A stretch of 64,000 nt of DNA from Verrucomicrobiota bacterium (GTDB lineage: Bacteria > Verrucomicrobiota > Verrucomicrobiia > Limisphaerales > UBA1096). Positions 47,072-57,758 of this stretch are shown here, in pieces; the stretch's first letter is position 1, and each line of letters opens with the position of its first letter. The notes beneath the pieces are model-generated. The model had not been told where the DNA came from. It was given only the letters and a program-made list of their open reading frames with translations, and did no database searches. The stretch lies in assembly GCA_030749225.1 (NCBI GenBank), contig JASMKO010000028.1:11090-75089 (forward strand). The letters run 5' to 3'. Position numbers and translations under genes: made by a program.

Positions 47072-48832
47072 ATGGTGAACCCATTCCGATTCATCCCTGT
47101 TTGCCTTGGCTGCGCCACCGCTGTATGCGGCACAGCCGCGAAGGAACTGAAGCTCGATGAACTGTTCCCGCACGACCGCCTGCTCGAGGTCAACATCACC
47201 GTCGCTGAAGCGGACTGGGATAAGATCCGCTACCAGCGCCGCACGCGGGAGAATGCCCTGCCACCGAGCCGCAAGTTCGAGCCACCGCCCCCGCCCTACT
47301 CGTACGTCGAGGCCAGCGTAGCGATCGATGGCGTAACCTTTCCCAAGATTGGCCTGCGGAAAAAAGGATTTCTCGGCTCGCAGGACACTGTCCGCCCGTC
47401 GCTCAAGGTGAAGCTCGATTACACCGACAAAGAGGGAAACATCGACGGCCTGCGGAATTTGACATTCAACAACAACCGGCAAGATGCCAGCCTGATGAGC
47501 CAATTCATGGGGTACGCGATCTGGGATGCCGCCGGGGCACCCGGCTCGCGCTGCGCCTTTGCCAAGATCACCGTCAACGGCCGCGACCTCGGCGTGTATT
47601 GCCACGTCGAGACCGTTCGCGAACCGCTGCTCCGACGCGAGTTCGGTAGTGACAAGGGCACGCTATTCGAGGGCACAGTGGTGGATTTTTACCCGGAATG
47701 GGAGGGCAGCTTCGAACGAAAAACCGGTGATGACAAAAAAGGCCGGACGCACATTGTCAAGGTCATCAACGCGATGCAGGGTGGAGTCGGTGAACCGTTT
47801 TTTGGTAGCGACGCGCCGGGACGCGCCTGGGTGCCGGACAACGGCACGCACGATGACGACTGGTTCAAGCCGGGCTTCGACGACTCAAACTGGGTCGCCG
47901 GCACAAACGGCGCAGGTTATGAGGCGGGGCAGGGATTCGAAAAACTGATCACGCCAAATTTCAACTTCATCAGGCAGATGCAGTACAAGACCGCGTCGCT
48001 TTATCTACGTTTCCCGTTCGAGATCGACAACCTCGACGCTATCAATGCTTCCAAAAATGTGCTGCTCCGAATGAAGTGCGACGACGGCTTTGTCGCCTAC
48101 CTTAACGGCCATGAGGTCGCCCGCATGAATGCGCCGGAAAACGCCAGATGGGATGCACGCGCCACGAGCAGCGGAGACGACGGCGCCAACTCGACGTTTG
48201 CGGCGTTCAACCTCAACAAGCACCGGGACAGGCTGCGCCAGGGCCGCAACCTTCTCGCGATCCACGGCCTAAATATAAGCCCGGAAAGCACCGACTTCCT
48301 CATGGTCGCCGAGTTGCAGACCAACGCACACGACTACGAAGACGCGATTTGGGAGGTGATCGACGAGGATGCGTTCTACAAATTCTGGGCGCTCGAGGGC
48401 CTGCTCAGCTTTTGGGATGGTTACTCAGGAAACCGCAACAACTACTTCATCTACCTCAACCCCGGCACCGGTAAGCTGCACTTCATGCCGTGGGGCGCGG
48501 ACTGTCTGTTCGAGAAATACAGCCGCCTGCGCGTCGACCGCCGCTCCCCGCGATCCGTTCGCCTCAAGGGTCTCGTCGCCCAAAAGCTATACCAGATTCC
48601 GTCCGTCCGAAAAAAATACGCCGCAACGATGAAGAAATTGATGGCTGAGCATTGGCACGAGGACAAGCTGCTCGCCGAAACCAAACGCATCGAGGCAATG
48701 GTCCGGCCACACATCAGTGACTACCAGTGGCGTGGCGTCCGCTTCGAGGCCGTCCGCGATTTCATCCGCAACCGCCGCCCGGACATCGAGCGAGAGATCA
48801 ACGGCAACGACATGCCCCTCTGGCCAAGGTAA
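47072..48832 (+). CDS. CotH-kinase-family protein with an inserted jelly-roll domain
   Basis: 'GLRKKG', 'PSLKV', 'LT.NN..QD', 'LGVY..VE', 'WDGY...NNY', 'FMPWG.D'; central insert 'SLYLR.PF...DDGFVAYLNG.EV.R...G.N.LA.H'. Confidence 0.8.
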   Translation: MVNPFRFIPVCLGCATAVCGTAAKELKLDELFPHDRLLEVNITVAEADWDKIRYQRRTRENALPPSRKFEPPPPPYSYVEASVAIDGVTFPKIGLRKKGFLGSQDTVRPSLKVKLDYTDKEGNIDGLRNLTFNNNRQDASLMSQFMGYAIWDAAGAPGSRCAFAKITVNGRDLGVYCHVETVREPLLRREFGSDKGTLFEGTVVDFYPEWEGSFERKTGDDKKGRTHIVKVINAMQGGVGEPFFGSDAPGRAWVPDNGTHDDDWFKPGFDDSNWVAGTNGAGYEAGQGFEKLITPNFNFIRQMQYKTASLYLRFPFEIDNLDAINASKNVLLRMKCDDGFVAYLNGHEVARMNAPENARWDARATSSGDDGANSTFAAFNLNKHRDRLRQGRNLLAIHGLNISPESTDFLMVAELQTNAHDYEDAIWEVIDEDAFYKFWALEGLLSFWDGYSGNRNNYFIYLNPGTGKLHFMPWGADCLFEKYSRLRVDRRSPRSVRLKGLVAQKLYQIPSVRKKYAATMKKLMAEHWHEDKLLAETKRIEAMVRPHISDYQWRGVRFEAVRDFIRNRRPDIEREINGNDMPLWPR

Positions 48833-48850
48833 TACACGGGCGAACGGCCT

Positions 48851-49924
48851 CTAATCCAGCGCTTGGCCGTTTGCGGCGTCAAACCAGGTGGCGGCGGTGA
48901 GATCGAAACACAACCCAACCTTAGCCAAGCCGGCCGCGTTCGCGCCGGGCATCCGCACCACCAGTTCCTGACCACCACAAATCACGCGCAGCAGCGACTC
49001 ATGGCCGAGCGTCTCACAGCCCTGCACCGTTCCCGTCGCGTCTCCCGCGCCGTCGGCGAGTGAAATATTTTCCGGGCGAATGCCCAGTTCCACCTCGCGC
49101 CCGGCATGCTTGGCCAAGCCGTTAGCCAAGCGCAGCGAAAAGCCTTCGCCATCCGCCGTGAATGCCAGGCTGGTGCCACTCTCGACGAGCCGGCCGCGGA
49201 CAAAGTTCATCCCCGGCGTGCCAATGAAGTCGCCGACGAATCGGTGCGCCGGCCGGCGGTACAGGTCCATCGGCAAGCCGGTCTGCATCACTTGGCCAAG
49301 GTCGAGCACGCAGAGCCGTTGGCCAAGCGTCATCGCCTCAGTCTGGTCGTGTGTAACAAAAATCATCGTCGTACCCAGCCGCAGGTGCAGCTGCGCGATC
49401 TCGGCGCGCATCTCGGCACGCATCCGCGCGTCGAGGTTCGAGAGCGGCTCGTCGAGCAGGAACACCTTCGGTTGGCAGACCATCGCCCGGCCCAGCGCCA
49501 CGCGCTGCCGCTGCCCGCCGGACAGCTCCGCCGGCTTGCGGCGCAACAGGTTGCCAAGCCCAAGTACCTCCGCCGCCTCGGCAACACGCGAGCGGATCTC
49601 AGGCTTGGACACTTTGCGAAACTTCAGGCTGAACGCCATGTTTTGCTCAACGTTGAGGTGCGGGAACAGGGCATAATTCTGGAACACCATCGCCACATCG
49701 CGATCCTGCGGCTTCACGCGACTGACGTCGCGCTCGTCGAGAAAAATGCCGCCACTCGTGGCCTCCTCCAACCCGGCAACGAGCCGGAGCAGCGTCGACT
49801 TGCCGCAGCCGGATGGCCCGACGAGCACCATCAGTTCGCCGTCGGAAATCTTAAGGCTTACCCCATCCACCGCGCGCACGGAGCCGAACGATTTGCAGAG
49901 GTTGTCGAGTCGAACACTGGCCAT
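48851..49924 (-). CDS. Sugar ABC transporter ATP-binding protein (MalK/UgpC type)
   Basis: GPSGCGKS, 'VFQNYAL.PH', LSGGQRQR, 'LDEPLSNLDA', 'VTHDQ.EAMT'. Confidence 0.95.
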   Translation of the reverse strand: MASVRLDNLCKSFGSVRAVDGVSLKISDGELMVLVGPSGCGKSTLLRLVAGLEEATSGGIFLDERDVSRVKPQDRDVAMVFQNYALFPHLNVEQNMAFSLKFRKVSKPEIRSRVAEAAEVLGLGNLLRRKPAELSGGQRQRVALGRAMVCQPKVFLLDEPLSNLDARMRAEMRAEIAQLHLRLGTTMIFVTHDQTEAMTLGQRLCVLDLGQVMQTGLPMDLYRRPAHRFVGDFIGTPGMNFVRGRLVESGTSLAFTADGEGFSLRLANGLAKHAGREVELGIRPENISLADGAGDATGTVQGCETLGHESLLRVICGGQELVVRMPGANAAGLAKVGLCFDLTAATWFDAANGQALD

Positions 49925-49928
49925 TGGT

Positions 49929-50633
49929 TTACTGTTTCGGCGGGGCGACCTTTTGCAACGGCGGCGTCACCGTCAAGTCCTTCGCGATGTAGGCGACCAC
50001 GTGGCGCAGGTCGTCCTGCGACAGGGCTGCGGCGGCTGCCTTCATCATCAACCCGCCCGCGTCGCTTGGGTGGACACCACGTTGGTCATTGGCGTACTTG
50101 CGGAGTTGGTCGAGCAAAAACCAATCCTCCTGCACATTCACCGGCGGCGACTCGATCTCCGGCTTGCCCTCGCCACTTGCACCGTGACACGACGCGCAGC
50201 GGGTCGCGTAATGCGCCCGGCCGATGGCGATGTCGCCCCGGATCACCCGGATGAACGGCTTCGGCTTGAGCGAGGCAAAATACCGCGCCAAAGCGGCGAG
50301 CTGTGCCTCCGTTTCCACCTTCGCCATCGCCGCGCCCATCAATGTCCCGGCTCTGTTGGCCAGGTTTTTGCCTCGACGGCCTGACTTGAAATTTCGCAAC
50401 TGCTCCGCCAGATACCACTCAGGCTGCCCGTCCAGTACCGGCCCGCGCTGCATCTCGCGCGTACTGTGGCAAACCATGCAGGCGTCGAGGGTCGACTGGC
50501 CCACTTGGCCAAGCGCGGTGACGGCCGGTGTCGACACTACTTGGCTCGGCCCCAGGGCACACCCCACCCCAAGCCAAAGCCCCAGGGCCAAGCCGGCGCA
50601 TTGCCGCAAAAAAAATCGACGAAGACGCATCAC
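49929..50633 (-). CDS. Di-heme c-type cytochrome (c4/c553-like)
   Basis: Two CxxCH motifs (CMVCH, CASCH), 'YL..QL..F..G.R' repeats, signal peptide. Confidence 0.88.
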   Translation of the reverse strand: MMRLRRFFLRQCAGLALGLWLGVGCALGPSQVVSTPAVTALGQVGQSTLDACMVCHSTREMQRGPVLDGQPEWYLAEQLRNFKSGRRGKNLANRAGTLMGAAMAKVETEAQLAALARYFASLKPKPFIRVIRGDIAIGRAHYATRCASCHGASGEGKPEIESPPVNVQEDWFLLDQLRKYANDQRGVHPSDAGGLMMKAAAAALSQDDLRHVVAYIAKDLTVTPPLQKVAPPKQ

Positions 50634-50709
50634 GCTCGCACAAAGCTAACCTGCTTGGCCAAGCGTCGCGAGTCGGCAAATCTCGCGTGACGCCCCACGG
50701 TTCCCTACG

Positions 50710-51612
50710 GTGGCGGCGGTGGGTCACCGTACAACCCCAACGATTGCGCTGGTCGGCGGCGCGCTAGCGATCGGCTTTGCGCCGGTGTTCGCTGCGTTTG
50801 CGCTGAAGCAGGAGTACGGCGGATTCGGCCCGGCGGCGATCGGGTTTTACCGGGTTTTTTTTGCGCTGCCGTTCCTGTGGCTGGTGCTTCTCGCCGCGCC
50901 AGGAAACGTAGAAAAAACGAAACGCACCCGACGCCCGACCGGCCTGCTGGCGCTAGCCGGCTTTTTCTTTGCCGTCGATCTGGTGTCGTGGCATTGGTCG
51001 ATCAAGTACACGACGGTGGCCAACGCCACGTTGCTGGCGAACTTCGCCCCGCTGTGGGTGATCCTGTGGGCCGGCCGGCTGTTCGGCGAGCGGATTGCCC
51101 CTAGCTTTTTCGTCGCGCTTGGCTTGGCATTTGTCGGCGGTGCAATTCTGATGGGCGCCAGTTTTCGATTGAATCCCGAGCGACTGTTCGGCGACGGCCT
51201 CTCGCTGCTCACCGCCATTTCATACGGCTCTTACATGCTCACGGTAAAAAAACTGCGCGAGACCTGCTCGCCGCAGAAGATCATGGCCTGGTCAGGGCTG
51301 TTCGCCGTGCCGCTAATGCTCACCGCCGCGCTGGCCAGCGGCGAGACGATGGCAACAACACAGCTCAACGGCTGGCTCGTGCTGCTCGCGCTGGCGCTGG
51401 TCAGTCACTTCGCCGGGCAGGGACTGATCGCCTACGCCTTTGGCCATTTGCCGGCGGCGCTCACGTCGCTAAACCTACTACTCCAGCCGGTGTTCGCGGC
51501 GGCGCTGGGCTGGGGGCTGCTTGACCAGACCCTTGGCAGACAGCAACTGCTCGGGGCAGCGATCGTGCTCGGGGCGTTGTTTGCCGCGAATCGCCCAACC
51601 GAGACCAAATAA
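50710..51612 (+). CDS. DMT/EamA-family transporter
   Basis: About 10 TM segments, 'W..S..YT.VANATL', 'GQGL', 'L.QPV'. Confidence 0.88.
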   Translation: MAAVGHRTTPTIALVGGALAIGFAPVFAAFALKQEYGGFGPAAIGFYRVFFALPFLWLVLLAAPGNVEKTKRTRRPTGLLALAGFFFAVDLVSWHWSIKYTTVANATLLANFAPLWVILWAGRLFGERIAPSFFVALGLAFVGGAILMGASFRLNPERLFGDGLSLLTAISYGSYMLTVKKLRETCSPQKIMAWSGLFAVPLMLTAALASGETMATTQLNGWLVLLALALVSHFAGQGLIAYAFGHLPAALTSLNLLLQPVFAAALGWGLLDQTLGRQQLLGAAIVLGALFAANRPTETK

Positions 51613-51652
51613 TTTTGTGCCACTTGGCCAAGCATGGCAGCATCCCAACCGA

Positions 51653-52141
51653 ATGGATGAGTTTGCCCAAGCCGATGCTGACATGCCGCTCGACGCGCCC
51701 GGCCGCCGCCGCCTGCCAGTGCTGCTGCGCCGCGCCTGGTACGGCCTGAACCAGGCGTTCCGCCGGCGCATCGCCGGGATGGGGCTGACGCCGGACCAGT
51801 TCACCGTCATCCGCACACTGCTCGAGGCCGGGCCGGACAGCCTGACACAAAAGGCGTTGGCCAACGCGATGAGCAGCGACCCCAACACCATCGCCTCGCT
51901 GCTCGAGCGCATGGAGGCCAACGGCCTGGTGCAACGGCAACCCCACGAAAAAGACCGTCGTGCCAACCGCGTGGAGTTGCTGCCGTTGGCCCGGGAGAAA
52001 TACGAGGCCATGCGCAACGAAGCAATCGCCCTGCAGAGCCACGTGCTCGAGCAATTGCCCGAGGCAGAGCGGGAAATATTCCTCGTGCAACTCGAGACCA
52101 TCGCAGGAGCTTGCCGCGACCTCTCAAACCCGCAGCGATAA
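51653..52141 (+). CDS. MarR-family transcriptional regulator
   Basis: 'GLTPDQF', 'TQ..LA..M..D.NT...LL.RME..GLV.R.....DRR'. Confidence 0.9.
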   Translation: MDEFAQADADMPLDAPGRRRLPVLLRRAWYGLNQAFRRRIAGMGLTPDQFTVIRTLLEAGPDSLTQKALANAMSSDPNTIASLLERMEANGLVQRQPHEKDRRANRVELLPLAREKYEAMRNEAIALQSHVLEQLPEAEREIFLVQLETIAGACRDLSNPQR

Positions 52142-52159
52142 GCGTGATTGTATTTGGGC

Positions 52160-52188
52160 TTGGCCTCAGAATGGGTGTTGCCTAGTTT
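52160..52188 (+). promoter_or_regulatory. Putative sigma-70 promoter (-35 TTGGCC, 17 bp, -10 TAGTTT)
   Basis: In-frame GTG at 52196 lies 7 nt after the -10, consistent with a leaderless mRNA. Confidence 0.55.
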
Positions 52189-52195
52189 TCCCCCC

Positions 52196-54520
52196 GTGAT
52201 TCACCTGATTCGAATTCCATCGTGCGTGGCTCTTGTGGCCGTCGTTTCCCTTTCCGCGCTCGGCCAAGCGGACGATATCAAGTTAACCGGCAAACCGTAC
52301 ATCGACATGAACTACGGGCCGTACATGAGCGCCTCGATCGAGGTCGGCCCGGGCAACATCGCCTACAAGGGCATTGCAATCCGGCTCGATGACGGGCCGG
52401 GCGGCGTGTCGAAGGGTAAACGCTTCGTGGTGTTCGAGACGGACACCCTGCGCATGGCCGCCGCCTGGAGTGGGGACAAATTCATCGACTGGCGCAGCAT
52501 TGTTTACGACGGCAGCCACGGCACGCATCCGAAGATCGTCGGCGAGCGGCTCTTCACCAACCCGGTCGCCCCCGGCTGGTCCAAGCCGGGCACGGACAGT
52601 TTTAGCGATCCCCGCCTGCGTGGGCTCGATAAGAAACCTTACGGCCCGCTGCCCCGCGACTGGGGCCAATGGCAAGGGCTTGGCCTCCACGGCAATCGGG
52701 TGATCCTGCACTACAAGGTTGCCGGTCGCCACGTGCTGGAGTCGCCCTCGTACAGGGAGAGTGACGGAGTCGGGGCCGTGGTCCGCACGATGAATTTTGA
52801 GGAACGCGACGAAGACATCGTGCTGCAGGTCGTCAAGGGCGAGGGCAAGGCCAAAGTCAAGACCATCGACGGAAAGTCAGTGGCCGAATTTGAAAACGGC
52901 CTCGCCGTGGTACTCTTGGTCGAGGCCGGCGGAGCCAAGTTCGTCGCGACCGATGATGGGCATCTGCGCCTGTCCATTCCCTCTGGAGGACTGCTTGCAC
53001 TCAACCTTGCCATCGCCAACACCGACGGCAAGGCGGAGTCCTTGGCCAAGCTGGTGGGAACGCTTGGCCAAGCGGAGAATCTTCTCGAGACATTCCAGCA
53101 GGGCAGCGGACGGCGCTGGACTGAAAGTATCAAGACCAAGCCCCGTCGTTTGGGGAAACCGGGGGCGTTTGTCACCGAGATCATTACTCCGCCGGACAAG
53201 AATCCTTATCACTCGTGGATGCGCCTAGGCGGCTTCGACTTTTTCGAGGGTGGCGACCGCGCGGCCGTCTGCACGTGGATGGGTGATGTATGGATCGTCG
53301 AGGGCATCAATAGCGACCCACAGGAGTTTACCTGGACCCGCATTGCAACCGGTATGTTCCAACCGCTTGGCCTGAAGATTGTCGAGGGGAAAATCTACGT
53401 CACCTGCCGCGACCAGCTCACAGAGCTGATCGATGCCAACGGCGATGGTGAGACCGACTACTACAAGGCGTTCAACCACGACGCACAGGTGACCGAACAT
53501 TTCCACGAGTTTGCGATGGATTTGCAGACCGATGCCTACGGGAATTTTTACTACACCAAGGCCGCCCGCCACGCGAAGACCGCGCTCGTCCCGCAACACG
53601 GCACTCTCATCAAGGTGACGCCGGACGGAGAATCCAGCGAGATAATCGCCAGCGGCTTCCGCGCACCCAACGGCGTCTGCGTCAATCCGGATGGCACTTT
53701 CTACGTGAGTGACCAGGAGGGCCATTGGACGCCGAAGAACGAAATCAACCTCATTGAGAAGGGCAAGTTTTACGGCAACCTCATGGGCTACCACAAGGGA
53801 CTCACCGAAGCCGACATCACCTCGCCCGTCGTCTGGATGCACAATAATTTTGACCGCTCCCCTGCCGAGCAACTCTGGGTAAACAGCGACAATTGGGGCG
53901 GCCTTGGCGGCCAACTCCTCAACCTCTCTTACGGTACCGGCTACGTCTATGTGATCATGGAGGAAAAAGTGAATGGCCGCGCCCAAGGCGGCGTGGTGCG
54001 TATTCCCGATTTTGATTTCCCGACCGGCGTTATGCGAGGGCGCTTCCACCCTAGTGACGGACAACTCTACGCCTGCGGCCTATTTGGCTGGGCCGGCAAC
54101 AAAACCCGGCCGGGTGGGTTCTACCGCCTCAAGCACACTGGCAAACCAGTCCACGTGCCGGTTGCCATCAACGCAATCAAGGAGGGCGTGTCGATCACCT
54201 TCACCCATGAACTTGATCCCGAGACTGCAGCCGATCCCGAGAGCTACCTCGTCAAACGCTGGAGCTACAAGCGCACCCGCAACTACGGCTCACGCGACTA
54301 CAAGGCAGACGGCAGCCAGGGACAGGACGACGCTGAAGTGACCGGCGTTAAAATCTCGGATGACAAAAAATCCGTTCTGCTTCAGATCGCTGCCATGAAG
54401 CCTGTCATGCAGATGCAGATCGAGTACAAGATCGACACCGCAGACGGGGAATACCTGTCCCAACGAATCCAAAACACCATCCACGCCATCGGCAACAACG
54501 GCCCCTTTAGCCAGCAGTAA
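52196..54520 (+). CDS. Secreted PVC-type beta-propeller protein (DUF6797-like, glucose/sorbosone-dehydrogenase-like)
   Basis: Signal peptide; 'GDVW.V', 'A.G.FQPLG', 'D.NGDGE.D.Y', 'G.R.PNG', 'DQEG.W.P', 'YGS' motifs. Confidence 0.6.
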   Translation: MIHLIRIPSCVALVAVVSLSALGQADDIKLTGKPYIDMNYGPYMSASIEVGPGNIAYKGIAIRLDDGPGGVSKGKRFVVFETDTLRMAAAWSGDKFIDWRSIVYDGSHGTHPKIVGERLFTNPVAPGWSKPGTDSFSDPRLRGLDKKPYGPLPRDWGQWQGLGLHGNRVILHYKVAGRHVLESPSYRESDGVGAVVRTMNFEERDEDIVLQVVKGEGKAKVKTIDGKSVAEFENGLAVVLLVEAGGAKFVATDDGHLRLSIPSGGLLALNLAIANTDGKAESLAKLVGTLGQAENLLETFQQGSGRRWTESIKTKPRRLGKPGAFVTEIITPPDKNPYHSWMRLGGFDFFEGGDRAAVCTWMGDVWIVEGINSDPQEFTWTRIATGMFQPLGLKIVEGKIYVTCRDQLTELIDANGDGETDYYKAFNHDAQVTEHFHEFAMDLQTDAYGNFYYTKAARHAKTALVPQHGTLIKVTPDGESSEIIASGFRAPNGVCVNPDGTFYVSDQEGHWTPKNEINLIEKGKFYGNLMGYHKGLTEADITSPVVWMHNNFDRSPAEQLWVNSDNWGGLGGQLLNLSYGTGYVYVIMEEKVNGRAQGGVVRIPDFDFPTGVMRGRFHPSDGQLYACGLFGWAGNKTRPGGFYRLKHTGKPVHVPVAINAIKEGVSITFTHELDPETAADPESYLVKRWSYKRTRNYGSRDYKADGSQGQDDAEVTGVKISDDKKSVLLQIAAMKPVMQMQIEYKIDTADGEYLSQRIQNTIHAIGNNGPFSQQ

Positions 54521-54541
54521 ACGAAGCGCTTGGCCAAGCGC

Positions 54542-54571
54542 TTGACGGCGTGAAGGGGAGGCCGTTATGGT
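54542..54571 (+). promoter_or_regulatory. Putative sigma-70 promoter of clpPX (-35 TTGACG, 18 bp, -10 TATGGT)
   Basis: Sits in the intergenic gap; the -35 overlaps the end of a 20-bp perfect palindrome. Confidence 0.55.
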
Positions 54572-54579
54572 TTCCGGCC

Positions 54580-55224
54580 ATGAGGGAAGGCTTGGAGGCA
54601 AACAATTTCCTGGTTCCAATGGTCGTCGAGCAGACGGGCCGGGGCGAACGCGGTTACGACATCTACTCGCGGCTGCTGGTCGACCGCATTGTGTTCATCG
54701 GCACGCCGATCGACGACACGATCTCGAATCTGGTGATCGCGCAGTTGCTGTTCCTGCAGATGCAGGATCCGAAGAAGGACATTCACCTTTACATCAACTC
54801 GCCGGGCGGCAGCATTACCGCCGGCTTGGCGGTATACGACACGGTGCAGTTCCTGACCTGCGATGTGAACACCTACTGCATTGGCCAGGCTGCCAGCATG
54901 GGGGCGATCCTTCTCGCCGCCGGCACCAAGGGCAAACGCCATGCCCTGCCAAATGCACGCATCATGATCCACCAGCCGTGGGGTGGGGCGCAGGGCAACG
55001 CGGCCGACATCGAGATCCAGGCGGCGGAAATCCAACGACTGAAGGATCGGCTCAACGAAATCCTTGCGGAGCACACCGGCAAAAAAATAAAGCAGATCGT
55101 CACCGACTCGGATCGGGATCATTTCATGTCGCCCGAGGAAGCGAAGGAGTACGGGCTCGTGGACGAGGTGGTGAAGTCGCGCAAGGATGTCACCAGCCTC
55201 AACGACGGGAAAAAGAAGAAATAG
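54580..55224 (+). CDS. clpP: ATP-dependent Clp protease proteolytic subunit
   Basis: 'DIYSRLL.DR', 'YINSPGGS', 'GQAASMG', 'IMIHQP', 'DRD.FM'; start codon uncertain. Confidence 0.97.
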   Translation: MREGLEANNFLVPMVVEQTGRGERGYDIYSRLLVDRIVFIGTPIDDTISNLVIAQLLFLQMQDPKKDIHLYINSPGGSITAGLAVYDTVQFLTCDVNTYCIGQAASMGAILLAAGTKGKRHALPNARIMIHQPWGGAQGNAADIEIQAAEIQRLKDRLNEILAEHTGKKIKQIVTDSDRDHFMSPEEAKEYGLVDEVVKSRKDVTSLNDGKKKK

Positions 55225-55236
55225 TTTTCAGCAGCC

Positions 55237-56538
55237 ATGGCGAGCCCCAACCAGATCACCCTTTGCAGTTTCTGCGGGAAATCCCACTCAGAGGTCCGCA
55301 AGCTGATCGCCGGTCCGGGCGTGTACATCTGTGACAATTGCATCCTCGTCTGTAAGAACGTCCTCGACAAGGAACTGCAGGCTGAGGAGAAGAAAAAGGC
55401 GATCAAGCTCAACGTCCCGAAGCCGAAGCAAATCAAGGCGGCGCTAGACGAGCACTGCATCGGGCAGGAAGCCGCCAAGAAGGCCTTGTCCGTCGCGGTG
55501 CACAACCATTACAAGCGCATCCAGTCTGGCCTCGCGGTCAAGCCTCAGGGAGACGACAAGATCATCCGTAGCGAGACCAGCGGCGGCGAGATCGAGATCG
55601 AGAAGAGCAACATCCTGCTGCTGGGCCCAACCGGCTCCGGCAAGACGCTGCTCGCCCGCACGCTGGCCCGCATGCTGGACGTGCCGTTTGCGATCGCCGA
55701 CGCCACCACGCTGACCGAGGCCGGCTACGTTGGGGACGACGTCGAAAACATCGTCCTACGACTCCTGCAGGCGGCCGACTACGACGTGAAGCGCGCGCAG
55801 ATCGGCATCATTTACGTCGACGAAATCGACAAGATCACGCGCCGCACGGAGAACGTCTCGATCACCCGCGACGTCTCCGGCGAAGGTGTGCAGCAGGGAC
55901 TTCTGAAGATTCTCGAGGGCACTGTCTGCAACGTCCCGCCGCAGGGCGGCCGCAAGCATCCCCAGCAGGAATACATCAAGCTCGACACCACCAACGTGCT
56001 TTTCATTTGCGGCGGCGCGTTCGTCGACCTCGACAACATCATCCAGCGCCGCATCGGCAAACACGTGCTTGGCTTCTCCGGCAAGGACGATTCCCAGCGC
56101 AACGACAAACCCAGCGCGGAAGATCGGGACATTCTCAAGCACGTCGAGCCGGAAGACCTACTCAGTTACGGTTTTATCCCGGAATTCATCGGACGGTTGC
56201 CGGTACACACATCGCTTGAGGAACTCGACGAGGAACAACTTGTCCGCGTCATGACCGAGCCGAGAAACGCCCTCACAAAACAGTTTGCAAAGCTGTTTGA
56301 GATGGACGGCGTGAAGCTCAAGTTCACCGACGACGCCCTGACCGAGTTGGCCAAAGCCGCCATCAAGCGCGGCACCGGCGCGCGCGGCCTCCGCAGTCTG
56401 ATGGAGAAACTGATGCTCGACACGATGTACGAGATTCCTGACTCGACAGACGTCGTCTCGGTCAAGGTCACCGACAAGGTCGTGCTTGGCCAAGCGGAGC
56501 CGGTGTTCCAACGTCGGCAAAAGAAGGCCGCCGCCTGA
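55237..56538 (+). CDS. clpX: ATP-dependent Clp protease ATP-binding subunit
   Basis: CSFC...ICDNC zinc finger, GPTGSGKT, 'DEIDK', '[10 protein letters not shown]', 'TGARGLR'. Confidence 0.97.
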   Translation: MASPNQITLCSFCGKSHSEVRKLIAGPGVYICDNCILVCKNVLDKELQAEEKKKAIKLNVPKPKQIKAALDEHCIGQEAAKKALSVAVHNHYKRIQSGLAVKPQGDDKIIRSETSGGEIEIEKSNILLLGPTGSGKTLLARTLARMLDVPFAIADATTLTEAGYVGDDVENIVLRLLQAADYDVKRAQIGIIYVDEIDKITRRTENVSITRDVSGEGVQQGLLKILEGTVCNVPPQGGRKHPQQEYIKLDTTNVLFICGGAFVDLDNIIQRRIGKHVLGFSGKDDSQRNDKPSAEDRDILKHVEPEDLLSYGFIPEFIGRLPVHTSLEELDEEQLVRVMTEPRNALTKQFAKLFEMDGVKLKFTDDALTELAKAAIKRGTGARGLRSLMEKLMLDTMYEIPDSTDVVSVKVTDKVVLGQAEPVFQRRQKKAAA

Positions 56539-56547
56539 CCCCCACCG

Positions 56548-57738
56548 ATGTCGAGTGACTTCAAGCCCGGCGACATTGTCGCCCAGCAGGTCCAGCGCAT
56601 TCCCCGCTCCGGAATTCGCGAGTTTTTTGACCTCGTGCAGGGCCGGCCTGACGTCATCTCACTCGGCGTGGGCGAGCCGGACTTCGTCACGCCGTGGCAC
56701 ATTCGCGAGTCGGCGATTTATGCCCTCGAGCGCGGCCACACCAGCTACACCTCAAACCTTGGCCTACCCAAGCTGCGCGCCGCCATCAGCGGCTACATCG
56801 CCGGGGGCTTCAAGGTGCGGTACGATCCGGAAACACAGATTCTCGTCGGTGTCGGCGTCAGCGAGATGCTCGACATCACGCTGCGGGCGATCATCAATCC
56901 CGGCGACGAGATCCTCTACCACGAGCCATGCTACGTCAGTTACGCGCCCGGCATCGCGCTGGCCCACGGCGTGCCGGTGCCGATGCCGTGCCTGGCCAAG
57001 AACGGATTCGCCGTGACTGCCAACGCTATCGAGCAGGCGATCACGCCCCGGACCAAGGCGCTGATGTTGAACTTCCCCACCAACCCCACCGGCGGCACGA
57101 TGACCCGCGAGTCGCTCGAGGCGATCGCCTGCCTGGCCAGGTGCCACAACCTGCTCGTGATCACCGACGAGATTTACGCCGAACTGACCTTTGAGGGGAA
57201 GCACACCAGCATCGCGGCGCTGCCCGGCATGGCCGAGCGAACGATATTTCTCCACGGCTTTTCCAAGGCCTACGCGATGACCGGCTTCCGCATCGGCTAC
57301 GCCTGCGGCCCGCCGGCACTAATCGAGGCGATGATGCGCATCCACCAATACTCCATGCTGTGCGCCAGCATCATCAGCCAGGAAGCCGCGATCGAGGCGC
57401 TGCAACATGGCGCAGAGTCGGTCGCTGAAATGAAGGAGCAGTACCGGCTCCGCCGTAACTTCATTGTCAAGGCGTTCAACGATATGGGGCTTGAGTGTCA
57501 AATGCCGCGCGGCTCGTTCTACGCCTTCCCCAGCGTGCAGTCCACAGGCCTCAGTTCTGGTGAGTTCGCGTCACTGCTGGTAGCGGAAGAAAACATCGCC
57601 TGCGTTCCAGGCAATGCCTTCGGCCCATCGGGCGAGGGGCACCTGCGGTGCTGCTTCGCCACCGGCCTCGAGCAAATCAAGGTAGCCTGCGAACGGATGG
57701 CCCGGTTTGTGCGGTCGTTAAAAACTGCCGGCTCTTGA
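56548..57738 (+). CDS. Class I/II PLP-dependent aminotransferase
   Basis: 'GEPDF.TP', 'P.NPTG', 'DEIY', 'GFSKAYAMTGFRIG'. Confidence 0.93.
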   Translation: MSSDFKPGDIVAQQVQRIPRSGIREFFDLVQGRPDVISLGVGEPDFVTPWHIRESAIYALERGHTSYTSNLGLPKLRAAISGYIAGGFKVRYDPETQILVGVGVSEMLDITLRAIINPGDEILYHEPCYVSYAPGIALAHGVPVPMPCLAKNGFAVTANAIEQAITPRTKALMLNFPTNPTGGTMTRESLEAIACLARCHNLLVITDEIYAELTFEGKHTSIAALPGMAERTIFLHGFSKAYAMTGFRIGYACGPPALIEAMMRIHQYSMLCASIISQEAAIEALQHGAESVAEMKEQYRLRRNFIVKAFNDMGLECQMPRGSFYAFPSVQSTGLSSGEFASLLVAEENIACVPGNAFGPSGEGHLRCCFATGLEQIKVACERMARFVRSLKTAGS

Positions 57739-57758
57739 CGCACTTGGCCAAGCACAGC

